Of a stretch of 64,000 nt of DNA, positions 25,401 to 38,139 are shown piece after piece. Source of the DNA: Takakia lepidozioides (taxonomy: Eukaryota > Plantae > Bryophyta); contig CM060734.1 of assembly GCA_030704615.1 (NCBI GenBank), positions 63,550,001 through 63,614,000 of the forward strand, written 5' to 3'. The notes below the pieces were generated by a model. The model saw only the letters and a program-made list of their open reading frames with translations, was not told where the DNA came from and ran no database searches. The stretch's first letter is position 1, and each line of letters opens with the position of its first letter. The position numbers and the translations under genes were made by a program.

Positions 25401-28400
25401 TACCATCTCGAGACTTGATAACAGGGGTACGTTGAAGGTTGCAATGACCAAAAGTGCTTCTAATAGAGTCCCGCATCAATTCAATCTCAAAGAAGTTCGT
25501 CCCTTGACTGGCTGGAGAGCGGTCTTAGACATTGGTGATTCAATGGGGCGCTCTAGGAAGACAACCAAGGGCAACGACTTCAACTTGAGAGTTTCTAATC
25601 GGTTTGATGCTCTGGATGAGGTTGAATCCAAACAGCCAGAAGGACAAGATGCCCCTGAGTGTACGGAACCTGAACGTCCTGAATCTGAAGGATTTGGTAC
25701 TCTGAATGGTTTACCAATCCTCAAGGTTTACACAAGACGAACAAATTCTTTACACGGGGTAATTGTCCCCAAGCCGTCAGATGGACAATCTGTCCCTAAG
25801 TGTGCAGAGCTTGAACGTCGTGTACCTGAAGGATTTGGTACTCTAAATGGTTTACCAATCCTCAAAGTCTACACAAGACGAGCAAAATCTATACACGGGG
25901 TAATTGTCCCCAAGCAGTCTGACGGACAATCTGCCCCTATGTGTTCGGAGCCTGTGCGTCGTGTAACTGAAAGATTTGGTACCCTGAATGGTTTACCAAT
26001 TCTCAAAGTTTACACAAGACGAGCAAAATCTACACATGGGGTAACTGTCCCCCCTTTGCAGAATGGTTGGCCGTCCAGGAGCAATCACAAGCTACCTAGA
26101 CGACAAACAATTCACATGCAAAGGGCTGGCTTGCGGCTGGCCACTTTCAACTTCTCAGGGTTGACCAACCAAAGGAAACAACTCGAAGTGGGACAAGTTC
26201 TTCGGACTAATGATATTCATATCTGTGCTGGGCAAGAAACATGGGAAACGTCGGATAAACTGGTTGGAGATGTCAATGGTTATAAATGAGCAGGTAAGAT
26301 GTGTACTCTCAAGGCAGCCTCTGCCAAACGCGGTCAAAAAGGGGTTGGATTCTTTGTCCGTGATTTCTTGTTTGACAATTGTGAAATTATCAACAAGGAT
26401 TTGAGGTACGAGCATAGTATCTGGCTAAAACTGAATCTGAAGGGCAGCATGAGTACAAAGGACCTCTTTGTGGGTTGTGTTTACATGCCCACGGAGGGGA
26501 CCCTTAGTGCTGACGCAGACAAAGCCTTCGAAGATGTAAAGGTGGACTGTGCTTCGTTCCTTGCCTAAGGTCAGGTGGTACTATTGGGGGACTTCAATGC
26601 CCGGGTGGGCAAGGGGATCCATCAGGACGATATCATTGGACCTTTTGGTGAGGACGAGCTGAGTTCTAATGGCAGACGGTTAATTAACTGTCTAGAAGAG
26701 CTTCAGCTTTTGACCTATAACAGGACAAGAGATGACCAAGTGCATCTGACCACTTCCTGGTTTGGACTGAGATCAAAAGGTGTTTTCCCACCACCAAGAG
26801 ATCTGTGAAACGTTCGATTCGGAAGTGGCGCATAGAAAAATTCCACAATGAGGAGGAGCTGAGTACGTCCAGGCCTTACAAGAGGCTCTCCCTCATTTTG
26901 TCCAATCGCTCCAAGAACTTCAGTCACGCTCTGTTAACGCAAGAAATGAAGTCGAAAGAGCAGTGGACTCTTGGGAGAGTTTCGTTTCCTCCGTGGCTGA
27001 CAAGATCATTGGGAGGAAACTAATTGTCTGCGGTAGAGCAGTTAATTGGTGGACCAATGAGATTAAACTCAAGATAGCTGAGAGACAAGCCCTCTATAAA
27101 GAGTGCTGCAATTTGGAAACCAACAGAGAATTGTGGGCGAGGTACTACCAGCTCCGTAAAGATATCAATCAGCTTGTTAGGTCTCAGAAGAAATTATACT
27201 GAGACAAGTTATATAGTGAAATAAACTCAAACCACCATGGTGGTAATGACAAGAAATTCTGGTTGGCCCTTCAACGTTTGTACAAGCCGAAAAACGGTCA
27301 GCAACTACAAGCGCTGAAGACTACTAAAGGTGCAGTGGTGACTTCATCGGTTGACATTGTCAAAACCTTTGAAACTCACTACAGTATCCTTGGCAGAACT
27401 TCTAGGTCTAACAGTGAGGGGTCTTCTGCTGAATGGAGGGACACAGTTGGAAAAACTGTTCCTATGATTCAAAACAGCCCTGATGAACTGGAGTATATTT
27501 CAATGGCTTATAATGCTCCCATTAGTTCTTCTGAGATTGTGAAAGTAATTGAACATTTAAATGGATATAAAGCTGGTGGACCTGATGGTATTGTCAACGA
27601 GCTTATCAAGCACGGTGGCGATCCCATGATAGAGGCCCTAGTTCTCCTCTTTAACCTTATCTGGAAGACTGAAATGATCCCCTTTCGCTGGTGACAGGGG
27701 GTCATTGTCAATCTATACAAGAAGGGTGACAGAGAAGAACCGGGGAACTACCGTGGCATCACGCTCCTCAATGCTGTTGGCAAGACATTCTGCAGAGTTA
27801 TAAGTACTCGTCTCGAGGTTGATCTGGAGTCTAGAGGTTGTTTCCACGAAGGCCAAGCTGGGCTGTGTGGATCATATCTTCACTCTAAGCCAGATTATCC
27901 AGGGAAGGAAAAAAGAAGGGAAACCCACTTATGTTTTTTTCCTGGATGTCAAAAAGGCTTATGACACAGTGTGGAGAGATGGCCTATGGTTCCGCCTCTG
28001 GTCTTGTGGGATCAAGGGAAAGATGTGGAGAGTTGTCCACAACTTGTATGCTCACACCAAAAGCTGTGTCACTGTTAACGGACAGAAGTCCAACTTCTTT
28101 GACATAGACCAGGGTGTAGCTCAAGGATGTACTCTCTCCCCTCTGCTCTTCAATGTTTTCATCAATCAACTCCTCGAGGATGTGGAAAGTGAGGGATTTG
28201 GGCTAAGGGTGGGTGATACCACCATACCAGCCCTTATGTTTGCGGATGACTTCGCAGGCATAGGGGAGACTCCAACCAATCTCCAGGAGTTGATTGATTG
28301 CGCGAAGAGATACTTTGATCTTTGGGGGCTAGAGGCTAATGTCAGCAAATGTGCAGTGGTAGCATTCAACGACAGAGGAGAGGGAGGAAGTGGCAGTGGG

Positions 28401-31400
28401 GTAGCCAAGAGATCCCGGTCCTCCCTTCCTACACTTACCTGGGCGTTGAGTTTTCCTCCAATTGTAATTGGGATGCACATATCCAAAAAGTTGTTCAAAC
28501 CGGCAAGGGCAAAGCTCTGGGGCTCACTAAATTTTTCCACTGCAGAGGGGTCAACTCTGAGGTTAAGAAAACCATGCTTTGTCGCGTTATTAGACCTGCC
28601 TTGGAGTACGGATCTGCTATATGGGTTGATAACTCCAACCAGGCTAAGTCTCTAGAATCCATTCAAGTGGGGGTGCTTAAGGAGTGTATGTCAGCATGCT
28701 CCAAAACAGCCAATGTGGCTGTTCGGGGTGAGTTTGGCATTCCATCCTTAAGCTCCCGACGAGATGAATTCAAGGTCAGATGGTGGGGTCAGCTGCAACA
28801 TATGCCCAACACCAGATATCCTAAGTTAATCGACTCTATATCTTGGAAACAGGACCGCCCTGTCAAACAGGCTAAGTCCTGGCAGAAGAGATTGTACTCA
28901 TAAGACGTTTGCCGTAGCCTTGTGGCCATTGACCCCGCGCCCAGTTTGAGCGGGAACAAAAGGAACAGAACCTACCTCCGTCAGGGGCTGACGTTGGTAG
29001 TAAGACTTACCTTCATATAAGGAATTAATCCGGGTTTTCCAGATATCCTCCAGAAAACCCTTCACACAAGCATCAATCTGCTGTGTGTGATTTGCCCAAA
29101 AACTAGGCCTCAGGAGGGCCTGGGCTTTTGGCTCAGCCTCGAGACTTTCAAAGTTGGTAAACAGGGGTACAGGCACAATTCCCTTGATAGAATTGAAGAG
29201 AGCTTCTCTTTGGTGAGAGAACCCCGGACAGTGTATCAGAAAATGAATACTGTCTTCAGATTGCCCACACAACGGACAATTGCACTCTCCCTTTCCTCTC
29301 TGCTTCTGCTTGCTGTTCAAAGGTAGGCTTCCTGCCCTGAGTTTAAATTTCAGTCTAGTCCCGAGAGTGGGTAGACCCTTGAGGTCATCCAAGATGTCCA
29401 CCCCATGTCACTGACTGGAAACAAGTTCAGGGAAGTTCTCTGCCTAACTTCATTTTCATCAGACAATCTCATGGCAACAGACATGGCTTCAGACACTACA
29501 GCCTCTAAGTCAGATCTATCCAGCAGGGTCAAGACTTGCGGATCCAGGTCCAGGTCCTTGAGAATCTTTTCTACTCTCTTCTGCCAGGACTTAGCCTGTT
29601 TGACAGGGCGGTCCTGTTTCCAAGATATAGAGTCGATTAACTTAGGATATCTGGTGTTGGGCATATGTTGCAGCTGACCCCACCATCTGACCTTGAATTC
29701 ATCTCGTCGGGAGCTTAAGGATGGAATGCCAAACTCACCCCGAACAGCCACATTGGCTGTTTTGGAGCATGCTGACATACACTCCTTAAGCACCCCCACT
29801 TGAATGGATTCTAGAGACTTAGCCTGGTTGGAGTTATCAACCCATATAGCAGATCCGTACTCCAAGGCAGGTCTAATAACGCGACAAAGCATGGTTTTCT
29901 TAACCTCAGAGTTGACCCCTCTGCAGTGGAAAAATTTAGTGAGCCCCAGAGCTTTGCCCTTGCCGGTTTGAACAACTTTTTGGATATGTGCATCCCAATT
30001 ACAATTGGAGGAAAGCTCAACGCCCAGGTAAGTGTAGGAAGGGAGGACCGGGTTCTCTTGGCTACCCCACTGCCACTTAAGATCACTTCCTCCCTCTCCT
30101 CTGTCGTTGAATGCTACCACTGCACATTTGCTGACATTAGCCTCTAGCCCCCAAAGATCAAAGTATCTCTTCGCGCAATCAATCAACTCCTGGAGATTGG
30201 TTGGAGTCTCCCCTATGCCTGCAAAGTCATCCGCAAAGATAAGGGCTGGTATGGTGGTGTCTAAGAAGTTGGTCTATGTCAAAGAAGTTGGACTTCTGTT
30301 CGTTAACAGTGACACAGCTTTTGGTGTGAGCATACAAGTTGTGGACAACTCTCCACATCTTTCCCTTGATCCCACAAGACCAGAGGCGGAACCATAGGCC
30401 ATCTCTCCACACTGTCATAAGCCTTTTTGACATCCAGGAAAAAACATAAGTGGGTTTCCCTTCTTTTTTCCTTCCCTGAATAATCTGGCTTAGAGTGAAG
30501 ATATGATCCACACAGCCCGTGTTTCGCTGAAAGCCAGCTTGGCCTTCGGCCTGGCAGAAGAGAGTAGAAGAGATTCTCAAGGACCTGGATCCGCAGGCCT
30601 TGACCCTGCTGGATAAATCTGACTTAGAGGCTGTAGTTTCCTCAGCCATGTCTGTTGCCATGAGATTGTCTGATGAAAATGAAGTTAGGCAGAAAACTTC
30701 CCTGAACTTGTTTCCAGTCAGTGACATGGGGGAGGACATCTTGGATGACCTCAAGGGTCTACCCACTCTCGGCACTAGACTGAAATTTAAACTCAGGGCA
30801 GGAAGCCTACCTTTGAACAGCAAAAAGAAGCAGAGAGAAAAGGGAGAGTGCAATTGCCCGCTGTGTGGGCAATCTGAAGACAGTATTCACTTTCTGATAC
30901 ACTGTCCGGGGTTCTCTAACCAAAAAGACGCTCTCTTCAATTCTATCAAGGGAATTGTGCCTGTACCCCTGTTTAACAACTTTGAAAGTCTCGAGGCTGA
31001 GCCAAAAGCCCAGGCCCTCCTGAGGCCTAGTTTTTGGGCAAATCACACACAGCAGATTGATGCTTGTGTGAAGGGATTTCTAGAGGATATCTGGAAAACT
31101 CGGATTAATTCTTTATATGGAGGTAAGTCTTACTACCAATGTTAGCCCCTGACAGAGGTAGGTTCTGTCCCTTTTGTTCCCGCTCAAACTGGGCGCGGGG
31201 TCAATGGCCACAAGGCTACGGCAAACAACGTCTTATGAGTACAATCTCTCCCACCCACCCAGCTGATTGATGCTTGTGTTTAGGGATTTCTAGAGGATAT
31301 CTGGTAAACCGGGATCAATGTATTATTTCAAGGTAAGTCTTACTACCGACGTCAGCCCCTGACAGAGGTAGGTTCTGTCCCTTTGTGTTCCGCTCAAACT

Positions 31401-32777
31401 GGGTGCAGAGTCAGTGGCCACAAGGCTACGGCAAACAACGTCTTATGAGTACATTCTCTCTCCCACCCTTGGCACTAGACTGAAATTTAAACTCAGGGCA
31501 GGAAGTCTACCTTTGAACAGCAAACAGAAGCAGAGGAAAGGGGGATCGCAAATGCCCGTTGTGTGGGCAACCTCAAGACAATATTCACTTTCTGATTCAT
31601 TGTCCTGGGTACTCTCACTAGAGAGACATCCTCTTCAAATCCATCAAGGGAAGTGTGCCTGTACCTCTGTTTACCAACTTTGAAAGCCTCGAGGCTGAGC
31701 CAAAAGCCCAGGCCCTTTTGGGGCCTAGTTATTGGGCTAACCAGACACAGCAGATTGATGCTTTTGTAAAGGGTTTTCTAGAGGATATCAGGAAAACGCA
31801 GATCAATTGTCTGTTCCAAGGTATGTCGTACTACCTGTATCAGCCCCTCACAAAGGTAGTTTCTGTCCCTCTCTGTTCCGCTCAAACTGAGAGCGAGGTC
31901 AAAATGGCCACAAGGCTCTGGCAAACATCTTATGAGTACATTCTCTCTCTCTCTCTGCCTTTGTTCCGCCCAAACTGGGCATGGGGTCTATGGCCTCAAG
32001 GCTACTGCAAACGTCATCTGATGAGTACATTCTCTCCCTTTCTCTTGACTTAGGAGGCTACGGCAAACAACGTCTTATGAGTACAGTCTCTTGACTTAGG
32101 CGGTTTTGAGGACTGTGCAGGTGCATCCAAACGTTCCATGCATGCTCTTCACACCTATCTGTCCCCACTCCTTGTCATTCCGCCCTGTTATTCTGCCTGA
32201 TTCTGCTCTTCTCGAACTGAAGGTAAGCTTGAGTCACTTTTTTGGTATCTAATTCCTGAGATGGTATTGGTTTTGACATGCTTAGGTTTGTTTATCTTAT
32301 TTTGTGTTACACTTGCAGCTCATTTCTCATTTTGCACTTTAACTTCGAGCAAGGACAGTTCCCCAAAGGGTGGAGTGACTTGATGGCTAAGAGCTTGGGG
32401 GGAGGCCTTGTAAGTGAGAGATACATTGCATGTGGGAATTGGTTTGCAGCAAGAAAAAGAGTTCATGAAAGTCATAGGCCTGCCTCTGGGACTTGATGTC
32501 CTACATTCCAAATGCTGATTGGTGTCTGTGTTGTGTGAGTTAGGTTCCAGACGAAGCAAGGAGCAATGCATGGGTGTCATTTGATGGCAAGAAGCGGCAA
32601 CAGCTGTGCAAGGGCGAGTCTATGCGAATCCAAATGAGTGAGCACCCAATGCCTACTGTGAACAAGTACGATCAAACTGATGATTGGTTTGGCAGCCTCT
32701 CCCGCTGCTTCGGCTGGAACCAGCGCATTGAGCAGCGTGCCATCTCAACCACAGATGCACCTGAAGTTATTTGGTAA
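19448..32777 (+). CDS. NADK2: Chloroplast-type NAD kinase 2. Exons: 19448-20161, 20383-22398, 23294-23415, 23621-23762, 24079-24303, 24444-24518, 32121-32222, 32544-32777
   Basis: N-terminal PTP-like domain ([18 protein letters not shown]), [68 protein letters not shown]. Phases are consistent, with a GC donor at 24304. The start codon and first exon are less certain. Confidence 0.93.
24851..31244 (+). mobile_element. Near full-length LINE (~4.7 kb net) in NADK2 intron 6: N-terminal extension + APE endonuclease + RT + C-terminal CxxC..H..C knuckle; disrupted by stops and frameshifts
   Basis: APE motifs ([23 protein letters not shown]), RT motifs and [17 protein letters not shown]. 15-bp TSD TCTCTCCCACCCACC at 24836-24850 and 31245-31259, directly after a (CT)n tract. 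Confidence 0.92.
28892..30549 (-). mobile_element. 5'-truncated antisense copy of the same LINE nested inside the full-length copy
   Basis: Inverted RT/3' sequence flanked by a 14-bp TSD CCTGGCAGAAGAGA (28878-28891, 30550-30563). The host copy resumes at the breakpoint. Confidence 0.9.
31260..32086 (+). mobile_element. Four further 3'-terminal fragments of the LINE family in tandem
   Basis: Repeated ...ATGAGTACA(T/G)TCTC 3' ends at ~31455, ~31940, ~32030 and 32086. The last is 32 nt long with a 14-bp TSD TCTCTTGACTTAGG. Confidence 0.88.
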
Positions 32778-32944
32778 AATGTGGGAGGCTAAAAGAAAGC
32801 CTTTCTTATACTGGGAGAAACACCCTTCATTGTTCATGTGCTTTCTATGAAAGCTCTGAAGAAACCTCAAAATAAGGACACAGGTACAAATATATCTCAT
32901 CCACTCGAACTATAAGAGAACAGGGCAAACACAGTGCATGTTAA

Positions 32945-33953
32945 CCCCTAAAGGACTAACCCCAATTTTTGGGTCCACCCTAAAAAAATTGACCCTTCCC
33001 AACTATATAATTTTTTTCTTGAGATTTCCTCAGGCCTTGTAAAACTGACCGTTGTAATACATTCCTACCTCCCTAGCTATGACCACAAAAAGTATGGATC
33101 AAATCGACCCGCCAGATTGCAAGACTATAATGTTGAAAGTTGGGCCAAAAACTCATTTCCTATTTACAACGTGGTAAAAAACACAGCTTTTCTTATCGAA
33201 TTTCTCAGCTGTGAATTTGTTTGGCATGACACAAACCATAATGTTGTACCCTGCCAGGTAAGACACCTGCCCTGAAAATTTCAGCTTTTTCTGACATGTT
33301 CTCATGTGGGCTGCTTTGTATGGGGGGTCAAATTTCCCAATTTCAAAGGGGCAAGCACAAAACCGTATTAGAAAATTCGGCGAAAAGATATGAACCATTC
33401 GGTTGTACTGTCGCGGGCAGGTTTGTGAAAGTATAAAAAAAATGTCACTCCAATCAGAGCTTTCCTTCATGTGATTTTTTCCCCTGCCCATGACTTCTCC
33501 ATGTGCACCTATGTTTGCCTATACTTTTTGGCCAGTAGGCCCAAGGTATGTGGGTTTTGGTGGGGGTGCCTGTGCCTACCCGCCCCTTCATTTCATAGGC
33601 GTCCAGGGAATGGAGGCGCTTTAGGGTGGAGGGGGTGCAATAAAGGGTGTTGGCACCCTGTGCAGGTGGGGGGGGTGTGTGGAATTTCTCCCTAACCTGA
33701 CCCTAGTTGACACATAGGACGGATGGCAGGTTAGTTGCCCAAAATTGGGCTGAAAACCAGGAGTATGGCAGACTCTAGGTATTCCACGTGGCTGGGCCAG
33801 GCCCAATGACGAATTGGGAAACGCCACCTCATAGCTGACTTGATGACCTATCCAATGAGCCTAAACATGCCCAAATCAGGCTTAACCCCAGTGATAACCA
33901 GATACTTTTCTAAACTTAACCGACCCAAATTGGGTCGGTTCGTCCTTTAGGGG
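32945..33953. mobile_element. piggyBac-like non-autonomous element (~1.0 kb)
   Basis: TTAA|CCCCTAAAGGAC ... GTCCTTTAGGGG|TTAA: TTAA on both sides, a 12-bp perfect TIR with CCC/GGG termini, extending imperfectly to ~30 bp. No transposase ORF. Confidence 0.75.
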
Positions 33954-35066
33954 TTAACTGCTTTACGGATATCGACATATAATGCCCTATAAAAGGGTGA
34001 ACATTTTCATATTTTAGTAACGAGGTTGATACGTCCCTCAGCAATTTTTCATGGTTGCAAGTGGGAACATTGTCGCTAAACCTCTTCGTAGAGCTAATCA
34101 AAAGTATGAAAAGAACTGTACTAAACTAGTCCAGACTTGTTCATTTTTTATGTTGGAGTGCCCCGCTTTAATATGTAAGCAAAACAACGTGGGAAAAGGT
34201 TTTCTTGGCTGGAGACAGCGGTTTGATGATCTTGAGCTTATGCTAAACCCTAAACCATAAGCTTGTGTTAACCTCATTGCAACATACATTGATTTCATAG
34301 ATGCCAAAGTACGAATGCACATGAATGTACAGTGAAGTAGCAAGAGCAAGACATGCAGTGAAAGCCATTTCCAAAATGTGGAGTTCAATCTTGAATAGTG
34401 GTGTACATATTTATGTTAGGAATCTAGAATGGTTTTGTGCTCCAGAAGGATAGCCGATCATGTGGCGGAATGAGCCAGTGACGAGATTTGGCTAGTGGAA
34501 TCTAGATGGAGAGCGCCCGTCGGTAGCAATGTGGAAATGTCTAAATACACGTTCCATCCGGCAATATGAAACACAAAATAAACCGTGGCCCATCTCCATT
34601 CGAACTTGTTCACACTACTTATGATAAGAAAAAGATGTCTTTGTTCTCCTATTTAGTGTCACATTTGGGTTTCTACATGTCACTTACGATGTAAATGTTG
34701 GTTGTTGTTAAATATGTGGAGTGTGGAAAGGTCCAGTTATTTTTTAGTATTAGACACATTTCATGGTGCCTTGTACAAGAAAAAGAAGACCTTCCAAATT
34801 AGGGCAATGGGGCTCTTTATTTGCAGTGTGCATTGCACATTGCAAACTCATAGTGGCATATTGTACCATGATCACCTTTTGTTTATCTTGGGCACAAATG
34901 GAAGTTGTGCTCCATTCAAAAAGATGCAAGAGGAACACAAATTACGTCAAATCTGAGTACCCATTACCTAACTTACAAAATGCCAATGATGTGAGGTGAA
35001 AATACCATAAACCAAGAAAATAAGGAGTTTTGCATATTAGAAATACAAGTTGGTGGAAGGACCTAC

Positions 35067-37140
35067 TTTAGGGTTTAGGGTTTAGGGTTACAAGGGTGTT
35101 CCCGAGCATTTTGACATTTTTTTTGGAGTTGAAAATTTTCCTACCCCCCATTTCTGGGATCTACGATTCCAATGGTGCATTCGGAATGCTCTGCAAGTTC
35201 TTAGATTTCGTGATATGGTGAATGAAAAGTGTTAAATGTGAAATCTGACTTTTTGCATGATGACATGTGAGGTATTGATTGATTGCACGTTGTAGAGAAT
35301 TTCATGTGGATTCCGGAATTGTATTGCATGTCTTGATCGGATTTCGTATGCATGAGTTATGAACGGCTGAAGTTTCTATGTTTGAAACTTCATCCGTTGA
35401 TAACTCATTGCATACGGAATCTAATCTTCATATGCAATATCATTTCGGAATGTTACTTGAGGCCTCTACGACGTTGAATACTTTGTGTATGATTTATTGA
35501 TGAAATTTTGAAAGATCAGATTTCATCCATCCATTAAGTATGTGTTTAGGGTTTAGGGTAAACTTGGGTGTTTAGAAACAAAGCAGCATGAAAAATAACG
35601 AGAAATTTCTGCAAAACTTTCGGCCCAGATCGATGAGAGACTGAGGAAGTGGAGAAAAAGCAGAGAAAAAGCAGAGAAGGTGCTTGGGTTGGTTATAGAA
35701 AAAGCAAAGATCACCCAACATGGAATCTGAATTCCAAGAAGCATATGTAGGAGAGAAATGTAAGAGAGAAATGTAGAGGGAGATGGAAAGTGAAGTGTAA
35801 ACTAAAAAATAACTGTTCTCAAACCACATTAGAATACTTTATAAGGATAGTAGTCTAACTCCGAGTTGCTTAGCAACAAAGGTGAAAGAATACAAAAGTA
35901 CAAAAAACATAAAGAAACACAAGGCGAAGGCATGAAAAAGTACCACAGTTTGTTTCAAACGGAAGCTCGTACTCATGAGGGTTTAGGTTTTAGGTTCTAA
36001 TAGGGTTAAGGGTTCAGGGTTTAGGGTCCAGCATACAGTTAGTTTTCCTTCTAGGTACAATATGTAAGTTATGATGTGGCAAGTCTTTTGCATCTTCAAT
36101 GGGACTAATTCTCTCGCCCCTACGTAGAGTTTAGGGTTTAGGGTTTAGGGTTACAAGGGTATCCTAGGGGTTTTTGACTTTCTATTTGAAGTTTTGACTT
36201 GACTTACCCCCCATTTTCGAGTATTGCGAATGCAACGGTGTAGTTAAAAACCCCTACAAATGCTTACATTGTGAGATATGGACATACGAAAATGGTTGAC
36301 TGAGAAATCTGACTTTTCTATTTGAGGTGAGATGGAGGTTTCATGGGTGCCACATTGTAGAGGATGTTATATAGATTCCATAATGATTTTGTTTTTGTCC
36401 ATCGGGGTTGGTATGCATGAGTTATTATTGGATAAAGTTGTAGTTTTGAAATTTTCATCTGTGAGTAAAGCTTGTGCGTGGAACTAGATTGCTCTTGAAG
36501 GAGTTCAAGGATTAGGGTTTAGGGTTTAAGAACAAAATGGAGGCATGTTACAACATGAAATTCGAAAAAAATCGAACATTTTTTTGGAGGGGGCCGAGTC
36601 GGTTGACCAGACTGTCGGTGAATAATAACTAATAGGGTTTAGGGTTTAGGGTTACAAGGGTGTCCTAAGGGTTTAGGGTTTGGGTTTACAAAGGTGTTCC
36701 AAAGCATTTTGACATCATTTAGGGTTTAGGGTTTAGGGTTAGGTTTACAAGGGTGTTCCATAGCATTTTGACATTATTTTTTGGACTTCAAATTTTTTTT
36801 ACCCCCCCATTTTTGGGATCTACGATTCCTATGGTATATTCTACAAGTTCTTAGATTTTTAGATATGAGTGGATGAAAAATGCTAAATGTGAAACCTGAC
36901 TTTTTCTTTTTCTTTTATTTGAGGCCATATGAAGGATGGATTGATTGACTGTCGTAGAGAATGTCATATGGATTCTGAAATGGTTTTGCTTGTATTGATC
37001 GGATCTCGTATGCATGAGTTATGAGCGGATGAAGTTCCTGTGTTTTGGATTTCATCCGTTGATAACGCATGCATACGAAATCCAATCTTCACGTGTAATA
37101 TCATTTTGGATTGCTATTTGAGGTGTCTGCAATGTGAAAC
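35067..37140 (+). repeat. Diverged ~400-500-bp repeats, each headed by short (TTTAGGG)n telomere-type tracts
   Basis: TTTAGGGTTTAGGG..TTACAAGGGTG heads at ~35067, 36130, 36633, 36670 and 36718. The downstream units at 35090-35520, 36150-36480 and 36745-37140 are homologous. Confidence 0.85.
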
Positions 37141-38139
37141 TCGATAGCCATACGCTAGTACTGGTGTTCGTGGCCACCTAATTCCCAAAAGAAACTTAAA
37201 GAAAACTCGACAAAGAAAAGTATATGAGTAAAGGTGACTGCAAGCAGTGATTGTTAACAATCCGCCTCAGTTAGAGATCCGGGGAAACAAAACTCGTTCC
37301 GAGCTGGGTAATGAAACAATGGACACATGAGCCTACAGAACATCTTAAAATGAAAGTGAGGAAATGATCAGTGAAGCGAATCAATAAGTTGAAGGCTGGT
37401 TGCGTTCAGATTGCAGCTCCCTTACCTTGGATCTGTACAGACTTCTCGGATAGGTGCCCTTTGCAGGTTGAGATACAGTCCATGACTGGGGGTCTCTCCG
37501 TAATTTGAGGGGACCCATGAGTTTGTTATCCACGAGCAAGTTCGGCCTGTTGCTAGCCGGTGGTACCGTGGTCGTGTCTCTTCTTCTTGAGCAGATAGAA
37601 AAATTAATTTTGGTGCTCGTTTGTCTTATTAGGAAGGCGAGAAGAGGACGTTGGCATCGGGAGAGCGTGAGTTGGGAGGGGCGTTGAACATGAGCATCTG
37701 AAAGTTGAAAAGACAAAGTCTAATTTTAAGCAAAGGGGTTGGTACTGATGACGTTGACTCTCAAAAGCCACGTTCATCTCTGGGCTGACGTGCTCAAACA
37801 CAGCTATGAAGAACAAGTGTCGCTCCAGAATGCGAAAGGATTTTTTACGAAGAAGGTTGTTAACTGTATTCCATCATCTTTGTTGATGCATATGGGCTAC
37901 TTGTGGCGTCTGGATTATTATCATTGAAGCATGTTCTCATGGGGCCCTATGCTCTACTATCTTGATTCTGCAGAAGCAAATCTCGCTCAGCTCTATTAAG
38001 GTGTAAAGAGTAAATTTATGCCACGTTCGTTTCCTGAATTTGGAAGTTGTGCTAGATTTATCCAATTGATTGTACATCTCATATGTTGCTATCTCTCTAT
38101 ATGGAGGGTGTACTACAGGACTTGGAGAATGTCACTGAT

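Noticed and set aside
35067-36740. True telomere or chromosome end
   Set aside because: Tracts are only 2-3 units long, interspersed with complex sequence and flanked by genes and TEs on both sides.
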